Shown here one piece after another: positions 42,736 through 51,678 of a DNA stretch of 64,000 nucleotides (position 1 is the stretch's first letter; each line of letters starts with the position of its first letter). The notes under the pieces are model-generated. The model worked only from the letters and a program-made list of their open reading frames with translations, searched no databases and was not told the DNA's origin. The DNA comes from a bacterium (GTDB taxonomy: Bacteria; Vulcanimicrobiota; Vulcanimicrobiia; Vulcanimicrobiales; SCRA01): NCBI GenBank assembly GCA_004297985.1, contig SCRA01000044.1, positions 78,262-142,261 on the forward strand. Direction: 5' to 3'. A program made the translations under genes and the position numbers.

Positions 42736-44973
42736 ATGACTGCAACGAGCTGGATCGGGCGCTCCCGGCGCCGCATAGAAGGCAGCGAGAAGGTGCGCGG
42801 ACGGACGCGCTTCGTCGGCGACCTGCGCCTCCCGGGCATGCTCTACGCTCGCCCGATCCTCAGTCCGTATGCCCACGCCAGCATCGAGCGCATCGATGCC
42901 TGCGCCGCCAAGCGCCTTCCCGGCGTCGTGGCCATCTTCACCGACGAGGAGCTCGGCGTCCGCCGCCTGCTCGCCCATCGTGAGGCCAACTACGCCGGCG
43001 AGCCCGTCGCGCTGGTCATCGCGACAGACGAGGCCACCTGCCACGACGCTGCGGAGCTCGTCGAGATCGAGTATCGCGAACTGCCCGCCGTTACCGACCC
43101 GCTGGCGGCACTCGCCGCCGATGCCCCCGTCGTCGGCGATCCCACGCTGCACCAAAGCGACGATGCCGGTGCCCACGGCGCCGCTGCCGGCAGCGCCGCC
43201 GACAACGAGCCTCGCCACGCCAACATGCCGCAGCGCATGCGCTTCCAACGCGGCGATATTGCCAGCGCCTGGAACGCCGCCGACGCCGTCGTGACGGGAA
43301 GCTTCTCCATCGCACGCGTGCACCAGGGGTACCTAGAGCCGCAAGGCTGCATCGCGGAAATCGGCGACGATGGCGGCGTGACGATCTACGCCTCCACCCA
43401 GGGTCAGTTCTTCCTGCGCGCCGAGACGGCCAAGACGCTCGGCATCCCGGAGAGTCTGGTGCGCGTCGTCCCCATGCCGGTGGGCGGCGGCTTCGGCGGC
43501 AAGATCTTCCTGCTCGAGCCCTTGGCGGCGCAGGCATCGCGCATGCTGGGCCGCCCCGTGCGCCTCTGCCTCGACCGCAGCCACGACTTCCTCTTCTCTC
43601 AACCCGCGCCCGCAGCAAGCATCGCCATCACGCTCGGAGCTAGGCGCGATGGTACGCTGGTTGGCCTCGATGCCGACATCCTCTTCGACGGCGGCGCCGC
43701 CACCGGCTCGCCTGTAGGCATCGGCGCCATCCTGCTGGGCAGCACCTACCGTGCGCCGCATCTGCGCATCGTAGCCGCCGAAGTGCTCACGAACAAGACG
43801 CCCAACAGCGCCTACCGCGCCCCCGGCGCGCCACAGGCATACTTCGCCCTCGAGTCGGCGATGGATATGCTGGCGCGTAAGCTCGAGCTCGACCCGTTGG
43901 AGTTCCGCCTGCGCAACGCAGTCGTCGAAGGCGACGAGCGCGCCGACGCGCGTAGATGGCAGCGCTTGGGTCTGGTGGAGACGCTGGAGCGCGCCCGCAC
44001 CTGCGAGCTCTGGCGCAACCGCGCGGGCACGCGCGGTCGCGACGAAGGCTACGGCCTGGCCGTGGGCGGATGGCCAGGCGGCATCGAACCGGCGGCCGCC
44101 GGCTGCCGCATCGACGGCGACGGCACGCTCACCATCCAGGTCGGCTCGGTGGACCTCACGGGCACCAACACCAGTTTCGCGACGATCGCCGCCGAGACGT
44201 TCGGTATCGATCCCGCGAAGATCCGCATCGTCACCGGCGATACCGATAGCGCCCCCTACTCGGGCATGACTGGAGGCAGCAAGATCACCTACACCGTCGG
44301 ACGCGCCGTCTCCGAGGCTGCCGCCGACGCGCGCCGCCAACTGCTGGCGCTCGCCGCCGATCACCTCGAGGCCAGTGTTGACGATCTGATCATCGAGGAC
44401 GGGCGCGTCTTCGTGCGCGGCAATCCGGCGTCGGGTGCGGCGATCGGCGAGCTCGCGCGGATGGCGATGGACTTCGGCAGCCCCCATCCGCCGCTGCACG
44501 GCCACGCCCGCATCGCCAACCCCGAATCCTCGCCCGGCTTCGCCGTACACGTCGCCCGCGTCCGCGTGGACCGCATCACGGGCGTCGTGCGCCCGCTGGC
44601 CTACCTCGCCGTCCAAGACGTGGGCCGGGCGATCAACCCCGCGGAGGTCGAGGCGCAGATCCACGGTGGGCTCACGCAGGGACTCGGTCGAGCGCTGAGC
44701 GAGGAGCTGGTCCATGACGAGCTCGGGCAGCTCCACGGCGGATCGTTCATGGGCTACGCGCTCCCGCGCAGCGACGATCTCCCGCATCTGCACGTCGAGC
44801 TGGTGGAAGTTCCATCGACGTACGGTCCCTACGGCGCCAAAGGTGTCGGCGAGCCGCCGGCCATCCCCGGCGCCGCGGCCTTCGCCAACGCCATCGAGGA
44901 CGCGGTTGGTGTGCGCATCATGGAGGTGCCGCTGACGGCGCCGCGCGTGCTGACAGCGTTGCGCCGGCGCTAG
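42736..44973 (+). CDS. Molybdopterin-binding large subunit of a xanthine dehydrogenase / aldehyde oxidase / CoxL-family oxidoreductase
   Basis: RIEGSEKVRGRTRFVGDLRLPGMLYA, VHQGYLEPQGCIAE, VPMPVGGGFGGK, NSAYRAPGAPQAYFALESAMD, GGSKITYTVG, GAKGVGEPPAIPGAAAFANAI. AAGAGG SD before ATG 42736. No adjacent FAD or 2Fe-2S subunit genes. Confidence 0.85.
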   Translation: MTATSWIGRSRRRIEGSEKVRGRTRFVGDLRLPGMLYARPILSPYAHASIERIDACAAKRLPGVVAIFTDEELGVRRLLAHREANYAGEPVALVIATDEATCHDAAELVEIEYRELPAVTDPLAALAADAPVVGDPTLHQSDDAGAHGAAAGSAADNEPRHANMPQRMRFQRGDIASAWNAADAVVTGSFSIARVHQGYLEPQGCIAEIGDDGGVTIYASTQGQFFLRAETAKTLGIPESLVRVVPMPVGGGFGGKIFLLEPLAAQASRMLGRPVRLCLDRSHDFLFSQPAPAASIAITLGARRDGTLVGLDADILFDGGAATGSPVGIGAILLGSTYRAPHLRIVAAEVLTNKTPNSAYRAPGAPQAYFALESAMDMLARKLELDPLEFRLRNAVVEGDERADARRWQRLGLVETLERARTCELWRNRAGTRGRDEGYGLAVGGWPGGIEPAAAGCRIDGDGTLTIQVGSVDLTGTNTSFATIAAETFGIDPAKIRIVTGDTDSAPYSGMTGGSKITYTVGRAVSEAAADARRQLLALAADHLEASVDDLIIEDGRVFVRGNPASGAAIGELARMAMDFGSPHPPLHGHARIANPESSPGFAVHVARVRVDRITGVVRPLAYLAVQDVGRAINPAEVEAQIHGGLTQGLGRALSEELVHDELGQLHGGSFMGYALPRSDDLPHLHVELVEVPSTYGPYGAKGVGEPPAIPGAAAFANAIEDAVGVRIMEVPLTAPRVLTALRRR

Positions 44974-45001
44974 CGCAGCCGAAGAGCAGCGCTGTTTTAC
45001 G

Positions 45002-45331
45002 CTACGTTTCGTCTACTATCGTCTTGCCCATCTTCTGCGCGGCCTCGCCCGCGTAGAATCCGTAGCGGCCCTTGATGTGCTCCCAGCCTGCCATGGGGTG
45101 CTCGTACACCCAGGCCACGCGCGGCGTTCGCGTGCCGTTCGCGGCGACGGCGTCCACGTACGAGCACGTCCCTTTGTAAGGACAGGTATATTTATGCGCG
45201 GTCATCTCCAAGCGAGCTGCGTTCACCGCCTCCGGGACGATGTACCAATTGCCCTCGACCTTCTGCACCTGACCGTCGACGGCGTCGGCAAGCATGTCAT
45301 TCGTTGCTGCGTCGCGGATCTGAACCCTCAT
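45002..45331 (-). CDS. DUF427 domain protein
   Basis: GNWYIVPEAVNAARLEMTAHKYTCPYKGTCSYVDAV..., including the CPYKG..SY motif typical of DUF427. Confidence 0.75.
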   Translation of the reverse strand: MRVQIRDAATNDMLADAVDGQVQKVEGNWYIVPEAVNAARLEMTAHKYTCPYKGTCSYVDAVAANGTRTPRVAWVYEHPMAGWEHIKGRYGFYAGEAAQKMGKTIVDET

Positions 45332-45408
45332 CTGAGTCCCTCCGTGCGCGCCCCTTTCGCGGAGCGTGCGTCCGCCCCCCGCGGCTCTTACCCGGCGAGG
45401 GCGTCACG

Positions 45409-46350
45409 CTAGACGGTGAGGACGATCTTTCCCGTCACGCGCCCCGTCTTACTGCGCTCCAAAGCCAGCGCTGCATCGGCGAGCGGCACCTCGACGGCGA
45501 CGTGCACGCGCAACGCGCCCCGCTCCGTCAGGCGCGCCAGCTCTTCCAGCCCGCCGCGCGACCACTGCGGCGTATACTGGGTCGCGATGTTCGCGGCGTG
45601 CAGCCCGTGCTCGGAGAACCACGTCTCATCCGCTGCGAAGATCGTCGAGGCGAGGCGCCCGCCCGGACAGCGTAAGACCGCTGCCATCCGCTTGAGCCCG
45701 CCGTCGTCGCTGACCACATCGACCACCGCGTCGACGCCGCCGGGGTGTTTGGCGCGCACTGCAGCCACCACGTCGACCAGATCGTACGCCACGATCTCCG
45801 CCGCCCCCAACTCTCGCGCCGCGAGCTCGTTGGAGGAGCGGGCGACGGCGATCACGTGCACGCCGCGCGCCTTGGCGATCTGCACGGCATAGCCTCCGAC
45901 GCCGCCCGTCGCCCCGACCACCAGAAGGCTCTCGCCGGCACGCAGCTCGAGCCATTCCACGGCGGCAAGCGCCGTCAAGCCCGCCGTCGGAAGCGCAGCG
46001 GCATGGGCATCGGAGATTCCCCGCGGGATCTTCGCGAGCACACCGCTGCTTTCGACCGAGACGTACTCCGCATATGAGCCGCTCGGGGCGACGCCGAAGA
46101 TACGATCCCCTGGTGCGAAGTCACGCATCTCCCCCCCCACACGCTCCACCACCCCCGCAAAGTCGCCGCCGAGCACAATGGGGAACGCGCGCTTGGGCAT
46201 GCCGAAGAGGCCATCGCGCAGCTTCCAGTCCGCCGGATTCACGCCCGCCGCCCGTACCCGAACCACCACGTGATCCGGCGCAGGCTCGGGCATCGCCAGC
46301 TCGTGCAGCGATCCGGCCTCTCTGAGCTGATCGATGGCAAAGGCGCGCAT
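45409..46350 (-). CDS. Zinc-type alcohol dehydrogenase-like / NADPH:quinone oxidoreductase (MDR superfamily)
   Basis: VVVRVRAAGVNPADWKLRDG, GGDFAGVVERVG, LLVVGATGGVGGYAVQIAKARG (Rossmann GxGxxG), C-terminal GRVTGKIVL. Confidence 0.85.
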   Translation of the reverse strand: MRAFAIDQLREAGSLHELAMPEPAPDHVVVRVRAAGVNPADWKLRDGLFGMPKRAFPIVLGGDFAGVVERVGGEMRDFAPGDRIFGVAPSGSYAEYVSVESSGVLAKIPRGISDAHAAALPTAGLTALAAVEWLELRAGESLLVVGATGGVGGYAVQIAKARGVHVIAVARSSNELAARELGAAEIVAYDLVDVVAAVRAKHPGGVDAVVDVVSDDGGLKRMAAVLRCPGGRLASTIFAADETWFSEHGLHAANIATQYTPQWSRGGLEELARLTERGALRVHVAVEVPLADAALALERSKTGRVTGKIVLTV

Positions 46351-46356
46351 CGTGCT

Positions 46357-46704
46357 CTACCCCGGAGGCCAGGTGAACGGGCGCCCGGCCAGCACGTGCA
46401 GGTGCAAGTGGTACACGGTCTGACCGCCGTCGCCGCCCTCGTTGATGACCACGCGGTAGCCGCGCTCGCCTCCGTACTGCACACCCAACTGCGCGGAGAC
46501 GCGCACCAAGTGCGCCAGCTCCCCGTCTTCGCCGTGCTGGGCAATGTGCTCCGAGAGCGTGGCCCCATGCGCGCGCGGGATCACCAGCAGGTGCGTGGGC
46601 GCCTGTGGGTTGACATCGCGGATGGCGACCGTGCGCTCATCTTCGTAGACGCGCGTCGAGGGGATCTCGCCTGCCAAGATCTTGCAGAACAGACAATCGG
46701 CCAT
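46357..46704 (-). CDS. HIT family (HinT-like) nucleotide hydrolase
   Basis: MADCLFCKILAGEIPSTRVYEDERTVAIRDVNPQAPTHLLVIPR and GQTVYHLHLHVL (histidine triad). ATG 46704 shares one base with the upstream stop. Confidence 0.9.
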   Translation of the reverse strand: MADCLFCKILAGEIPSTRVYEDERTVAIRDVNPQAPTHLLVIPRAHGATLSEHIAQHGEDGELAHLVRVSAQLGVQYGGERGYRVVINEGGDGGQTVYHLHLHVLAGRPFTWPPG

Positions 46705-48281
46705 CACTTCGCCTCCACAGGGTGCATGAGCTCGTAGTAGACGATGGTGTCCGCGTTGGGGACGTACCCGCCGACCGACGCCTTCCAAACGGCCGGAACC
46801 GCCGTATGGACGATAGGGATCGCTGGGACCTGGTCGTGCACCATCGTCACGGCCCGCTGATAGATGGCCAAGCGCTTGCTCTCGTCAACCGTGCGCTGCC
46901 CCGCCATCATCAGAGCATGGAACGCCGGATCGCGCCAGAACGAGTAGTTCTGCGCGGCGCCCTTCACCGCCGAGTCCCGATCCAGCAGCGTGTAAAGGAA
47001 GTTGTCGGCATCGCCGTTGTCACCCGTCCAACCGATCAGGCACATGGGGTGCTCGCCGTTCTTGATCTTCTGCAGGTAGACGGCCCACTCGAACGGCGCA
47101 AGCGCCACGGAGATGCCGGCCTGCTTCAATTGCGCCTGAATAGCTTCCGCGATGCGCTGCGGCTCGGGTAGATACGGGCGCGGCGCCGTGCCGTAATAGA
47201 GCTCGGTGGCGAAGCCGTGCGGAAAACCAGCCGCCGCCAGCAGCGCCTTGGCTTTGGCTACATCGTGCGGATAGGCTTTGACTGCTGCCGCCGAACCATC
47301 CATGCCGTCGGGCACCCACGTGTTGGCCACCTCGGCGCCCTTGCCGTAGAGGCCCTTCACGATGCCGTCGAGATCGAGCGCGTAGGCAACCGCTTGGCGC
47401 ACGCGCAGGTCGCCGAAGGGCTTACGCTCGAGATTGAGCGCCAGATAGGCGACGTTATTGGCAGGCTGATGGTAGACGTGCAGCGCGCTGTCGGTCGCCA
47501 GGCTCTTGGCGTCCTCGGGACGCGGATCGGAGAGGCCGTCGATCGAGCCTTTCTGCAGCTCTAAGACGCTGGTTGCCTGATCGGGGATATCGCGGATCAC
47601 CACCGTCTGGTAGACGGGCTTCGGATCGGTGTAGTCCGGGTTGGCCTTCAGCGTGATGTGATCGTCGTGCACCCACTCGGCCAAGGTGTACGGACCGTCT
47701 CCCACGGGCTGTTGCGCAAACTTCTGCGGATCCGCCTTGATCGCGGTGGGGGAGCCGATGGTAAACGACGGCATCGCCAAGTCGCGCAGGAAGGGGCCGA
47801 ACGGCGTGGTCAGCGTGAACGTCACCTGCGTGGGCGAGACGGCGGTCACGCCGGTGATGATGCCCGGCTGGCCGCCGAACATCGAGATGTAGTACGAGAA
47901 CGGCTGCGTTCCGGCATACGGGTTCTTCGGCTCGCGCCAACGGTCGAAGTTGAACTTCACTGCGGCGGCGTCGACCGGGGTGCCGTCGGAGAACTTCAGG
48001 CCCGGGCGCAGGTTGAAGACCCACACTTTCCCGCCATCCTCCGAGTGCCAATCTTTGGCCAGCTCCCCCTCGATGTCGAAGGAGCCAGGCTTGAACTTCA
48101 GCAGGCCGCGCATCACCTCGACGCCGACGTTCAGCGAGAGGCCGTCGGTAGCGACGGCCGGGTCGAGGGTCACGGCGTCCTTGACGCGTGCCTGCACGAG
48201 AGTCGTGGAATTCGCGGAGCCATGGCCGCCGCCGCACCCGGCGAGCGCCAGGACCAAAAGAGCACCGAGGACTCGCTTCAC
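46704..48281 (-). CDS. ABC transporter substrate-binding lipoprotein, family 5 (peptide/nickel type), no cognate permease genes nearby
   Basis: AAGGAGG SD 5 nt before GTG 48281. Lipoprotein signal VKRVLGALLVLALAGCGG. Family-5 SBP body: DPAVATDGLSLNV, KFSDGTPVDAAAVKFNFDRW, NPDYT, ELYYGTAPRPYLPEP, GWTGDNGDADNFLY. Confidence 0.85.
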   Translation of the reverse strand: MKRVLGALLVLALAGCGGGHGSANSTTLVQARVKDAVTLDPAVATDGLSLNVGVEVMRGLLKFKPGSFDIEGELAKDWHSEDGGKVWVFNLRPGLKFSDGTPVDAAAVKFNFDRWREPKNPYAGTQPFSYYISMFGGQPGIITGVTAVSPTQVTFTLTTPFGPFLRDLAMPSFTIGSPTAIKADPQKFAQQPVGDGPYTLAEWVHDDHITLKANPDYTDPKPVYQTVVIRDIPDQATSVLELQKGSIDGLSDPRPEDAKSLATDSALHVYHQPANNVAYLALNLERKPFGDLRVRQAVAYALDLDGIVKGLYGKGAEVANTWVPDGMDGSAAAVKAYPHDVAKAKALLAAAGFPHGFATELYYGTAPRPYLPEPQRIAEAIQAQLKQAGISVALAPFEWAVYLQKIKNGEHPMCLIGWTGDNGDADNFLYTLLDRDSAVKGAAQNYSFWRDPAFHALMMAGQRTVDESKRLAIYQRAVTMVHDQVPAIPIVHTAVPAVWKASVGGYVPNADTIVYYELMHPVEAK

Positions 48282-49813
48282 TGACTCCTCCTTATAACAA
48301 AGCTCCAAGAGCGCGAGACGACGTTACCGGCGGCGTCTGCCACGCTGACCGAGACATTGACGGGCCCGGGGGCCATCGCCTGCTGCGGCGTATAGACGAC
48401 GAAATCGGTGTTGATATTCGCCTGTGCCGTCACGTCGCGCCCGTTGACCACGATGCGCACGCTGCGCACGTCGATGGCGATCTGGGTCGGCGAGGTAAAG
48501 GTCGCGAAGATGTTGGGGCGCTCGTTGTTGACGCTCTCACCGCCCATCGGCGCGATGTCGCTGAGCTGCGGCGGCGTCGTAGCCACCGAGAGCTGCGCCG
48601 GCGCCTCGGCGCGCGGGGCCGCCACGCCGTTGACGGCCAGCTCCCCGAAGACGGAGATGTCCGTGAGGTTCAGCCCAGCGTCGATCGGCAGGCTGCCGCG
48701 ATAGCGGCCGGGCGAAACCTCCGCCATCGGCAATCCCCTCACGATGGGCCCGAGGTCGAAGGTGGCCGTACCGCCCGGCGTTCCCACCATCGTCACGTTC
48801 AGCGTTTGGCCCGCGCGCAGCGGGTGGGTGGCATCGGTAGCAAAGCTGGTGATGCGAACGGCGCCCTCGGGGAGCCGCGTTCCAGCGCTCGGCCGCGAAG
48901 CGATCACCGCCTTGACTTCGTTCGTCTGCGGATTGAAGCGCAGGGTCACGCGATCGCCCACCTTCAACTCGCCGACGCTCGCCGCCACGCCGTTGAGCGT
49001 CACCACGCCGGCCGCCGGCGGCGTCACCACCCGCCCGTCCTTCAGCACGAAGGTGGAGCCCGAGACGGCGGCGATTCCCCCGGCGTGCGACGCGAAGAAA
49101 TCGACTACCTGATGAACCGAACCATCACCGTCGATGGTGGCCGTCAGCTCATCGCCGGGTTGGATATCCGCTAGCGTACCAGCGAACGTCGTGTGCACCG
49201 AGACGTCCTGGAGCATGATCTTGGCCTGCGAGGTCATGCTGATGGTCTGCGGAGCATTCTTCTGCAGCACCGTTACCGTAGGCGGCTGGCTGTTGCGGTC
49301 GACGGCGCTCACGGTGCCGCTCACTTGCCGTCCAACGGCGGCGTTCTGCGTAGGCGGCGCCTCCGAGGCACCGGCGAAGACGCTGACGATCGAGATGGCG
49401 CGAGCGCGCGCGTCGAAGGATACCTGCGCCCCTAGCGCCGCGCTCACGAAGCGTAGCGGCACCATCGTACTTCCATCCACCTGCACGATCGGCGCCCCGA
49501 TACCGACCTCTCGCCCCGCGGCCTCGACCGTCGCCTGCCCAACGGTCACCGACACGTCGTGATCGGGCAGCGAGAGCGTGATGTGCCCGCCTTCGGTCTT
49601 CACGCGCATCTGCAGGGCTGCGACCAGGGCACGCAACGGTACGTAGAGGCGCCCCGCAATCTCGCGCGCCGGCGGCGCCAACATCAGCGGCTGGCCGTTC
49701 AACGCCGCGGTGATCGGCGGCATGGCCGGCACTTGGGCACCAGTCGCCGGCAGGGCGGCTCCCCACGCCAACAGCGGTGCGAGAACGAGGGCCAGCGTGC
49801 GAGTTCGAATCAT
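48278..49813 (-). CDS. Secreted protein with copper-amine-oxidase-N-terminal-like (stalk) domain and Ig-like repeats
   Basis: Signal peptide MIRTRTLALVLAPLLAWGAALPATGA. Stalk-domain repeats GRLYVPLRALVAAL and GSTMVPLRFVSAALGAQVSFD. C-terminal beta-sandwich-like repeat ending VSVSVADAAGNVVSRSWSFVI. ATG overlaps the upstream stop (ATGA). Confidence 0.7.
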   Translation of the reverse strand: MIRTRTLALVLAPLLAWGAALPATGAQVPAMPPITAALNGQPLMLAPPAREIAGRLYVPLRALVAALQMRVKTEGGHITLSLPDHDVSVTVGQATVEAAGREVGIGAPIVQVDGSTMVPLRFVSAALGAQVSFDARARAISIVSVFAGASEAPPTQNAAVGRQVSGTVSAVDRNSQPPTVTVLQKNAPQTISMTSQAKIMLQDVSVHTTFAGTLADIQPGDELTATIDGDGSVHQVVDFFASHAGGIAAVSGSTFVLKDGRVVTPPAAGVVTLNGVAASVGELKVGDRVTLRFNPQTNEVKAVIASRPSAGTRLPEGAVRITSFATDATHPLRAGQTLNVTMVGTPGGTATFDLGPIVRGLPMAEVSPGRYRGSLPIDAGLNLTDISVFGELAVNGVAAPRAEAPAQLSVATTPPQLSDIAPMGGESVNNERPNIFATFTSPTQIAIDVRSVRIVVNGRDVTAQANINTDFVVYTPQQAMAPGPVNVSVSVADAAGNVVSRSWSFVIRRSQ

Positions 49814-50898
49814 CGTCGAGAGAGCTCCTCCAATACCGTACGATACAACGCCGCCGTCGCCCCCGCAGTGCGGTCCCACGTGAGCTGCCGCGCGACCGCC
49901 ATGCCGCGCGTGCGCAGATCGTCCCGCAGCGCATCATCGTGGAGGGCGCGCTCGGCCTGCCGCCGCAGCGCCTGGGCGTCGAGCGCGGGGAAGGCGAGCG
50001 CCGCCGCGCGCAACGGCTCGGGAACACTTCGCTCCGAGGCCACGACCGGCACTCCGAAGGCCATTGCCTCCACCATGGGGAGGCCGAAGCCCTCTACCAA
50101 GGCCGGGTGGACATAGGCACGAGCGCGACGATAGATCGCCGCGAGTACGGGGCGGTCCACGTCGCCGACGGCGATGACTCGCCGGCCGCCGTGGGCATAC
50201 TGGCCGAGCCCACCCGGGAAGTCGTCGCCCCCGGTGAGCACGAGGTCGCACGACAGTCCCCGCCAGGCCTCGAAGAGTGTCGCTAGGTTCTTGTGCGCCC
50301 GATGGTTTCCCGCGTAGAGGAGATAGGGGCGACCCTCGACCCCCAACGATTGCAGGAGCTCAGTTTCGCCGGGCTGAGGGTGCTCGGCCAGCTCCAGCAT
50401 CGCATCGTCGACGGCCAGCGGGATCACCGCCACGCGTTCGCGATGCGCGCCGAGAAAGCGCTCCAGCACCTCGACCGTCGCCTCGTCGTCGGTGACGATG
50501 CGTTGCGCGCGCGCCACGTGACGGCGCGTGAAGAGGCGGTAGTAGGCCAAGATCGTCGGTTTGAACTGCTCTGGAAACTCAAGGTGGATCAAGTCGTGGA
50601 TGGTCAACAAGAAGGGCACGCCCGGCTCGTACGGCGCGTAGATCGAGAAGTGGTGCATCAGGGAAGCCTTGAGTGCACGCGCCGTCAGCGGCACCACCAC
50701 CTCCTCGGTGATGCCGAAGTTGGCGCCCCCTACGCCCACGATCTCCGCATCGGTCTCCAGCGGCGTGTTGGCGATCACCACGATCTTGAGATCGGGCGCA
50801 GCCCGCGGGATGCGGCGCGCCAGCTCGCGCACGTAGCGGCGCATTCCCACACTGTAACGGCGCGTGATGCGCGCGTCCAGCGCGACGACCGGCTTCAC
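49810..50898 (-). CDS. Glycosyltransferase, GT1/GT4 family
   Basis: PYLLYAGNHRAHKNLATL, YRRARAYVHPALVEGFGLPMVEAMAFGVPVVAS (the E..G....EAMA.G.PVV motif). Start set to GTG 50898, overlapping the GT2 stop (GTGA). The ORF-track N-extension is Arg-rich. Confidence 0.85.
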   Translation of the reverse strand: MKPVVALDARITRRYSVGMRRYVRELARRIPRAAPDLKIVVIANTPLETDAEIVGVGGANFGITEEVVVPLTARALKASLMHHFSIYAPYEPGVPFLLTIHDLIHLEFPEQFKPTILAYYRLFTRRHVARAQRIVTDDEATVEVLERFLGAHRERVAVIPLAVDDAMLELAEHPQPGETELLQSLGVEGRPYLLYAGNHRAHKNLATLFEAWRGLSCDLVLTGGDDFPGGLGQYAHGGRRVIAVGDVDRPVLAAIYRRARAYVHPALVEGFGLPMVEAMAFGVPVVASERSVPEPLRAAALAFPALDAQALRRQAERALHDDALRDDLRTRGMAVARQLTWDRTAGATAALYRTVLEELSRR

Positions 50899-51674
50899 CG
50901 CAAGCGTCGCAGGGCGCGAAACTGCACGACGGCGGGATAGAGCGCACTCATCAGGCAGACATAGGCGCCACGCCAGCCGTCGCGCCAGCCGCCGCGCCCG
51001 AGATAGAGCCAGCCGAGGCGTACGACGGTGATTGCCGCCGCCGCCAGCGCGCGCGACGGCGATGAGGTTACCCCGCCTGCCTCGATCGAGGTATAGCGCG
51101 CGAACTTGCGGCGGTAGTCGGCGATCGTGGGATAGGAACGATGCTCTAGGCATCCCACCAAGCGGCCAACGGGTCCGTCGGCTATCCAGCGCTCGTGGAG
51201 CTCCGCGGCGCCGCCCGCGGCGGGGCGCGCCTCGAGGCGCACGCGCTCGCGGCGGAAGAGGCGAAGCACCGGCTCCTCTGCCCAGCCGGCGCAATGCATG
51301 GGGCGCCCGCAGAACTCGGTGGTACGCAGCATCTCATAGCCCACCGCGCCGTTCGCGGGGGCGGCGAGCACCGCGCCGCGCAGCGCGGGCCCCAATCGCT
51401 CGTCGGCATCGAGGAAGAGCGCCCACGGCGTCTCCACCATCGTCAGCGCCGCGCGGCGCGCCGCCACGAACCCCTCCCACGAACGCACCACCACGCATGC
51501 GCCAGCGTCTTCGGCAAGCGTTCGCGTCGCGTCGCTGGACTCGGCATCGACCACCAGCACCCGCACTCCGCTCGGCAGCGAACGCAGGCAGGCGACGATG
51601 TTCGACGCCTCGTCCTTGGTCAGAACTACCGCGGTGATCTGCGTTGGATCCAAGGTCGTCTGCGCCGGGTCCAA
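50895..51674 (-). CDS. Glycosyltransferase, GT2 family
   Basis: ITAVVLTKDEASNIVACLRSL, VLVVDAESSDAT, ALFLDADERL (DxD-type). Start uncertain: TTG 51674 (5 nt after the pyrG stop) or TTG 51650. The ORF-track ATG 51737 lies inside pyrG. Confidence 0.75.
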   Translation of the reverse strand: MDPAQTTLDPTQITAVVLTKDEASNIVACLRSLPSGVRVLVVDAESSDATRTLAEDAGACVVVRSWEGFVAARRAALTMVETPWALFLDADERLGPALRGAVLAAPANGAVGYEMLRTTEFCGRPMHCAGWAEEPVLRLFRRERVRLEARPAAGGAAELHERWIADGPVGRLVGCLEHRSYPTIADYRRKFARYTSIEAGGVTSSPSRALAAAAITVVRLGWLYLGRGGWRDGWRGAYVCLMSALYPAVVQFRALRRLR

Positions 51675-51678
51675 TCCT

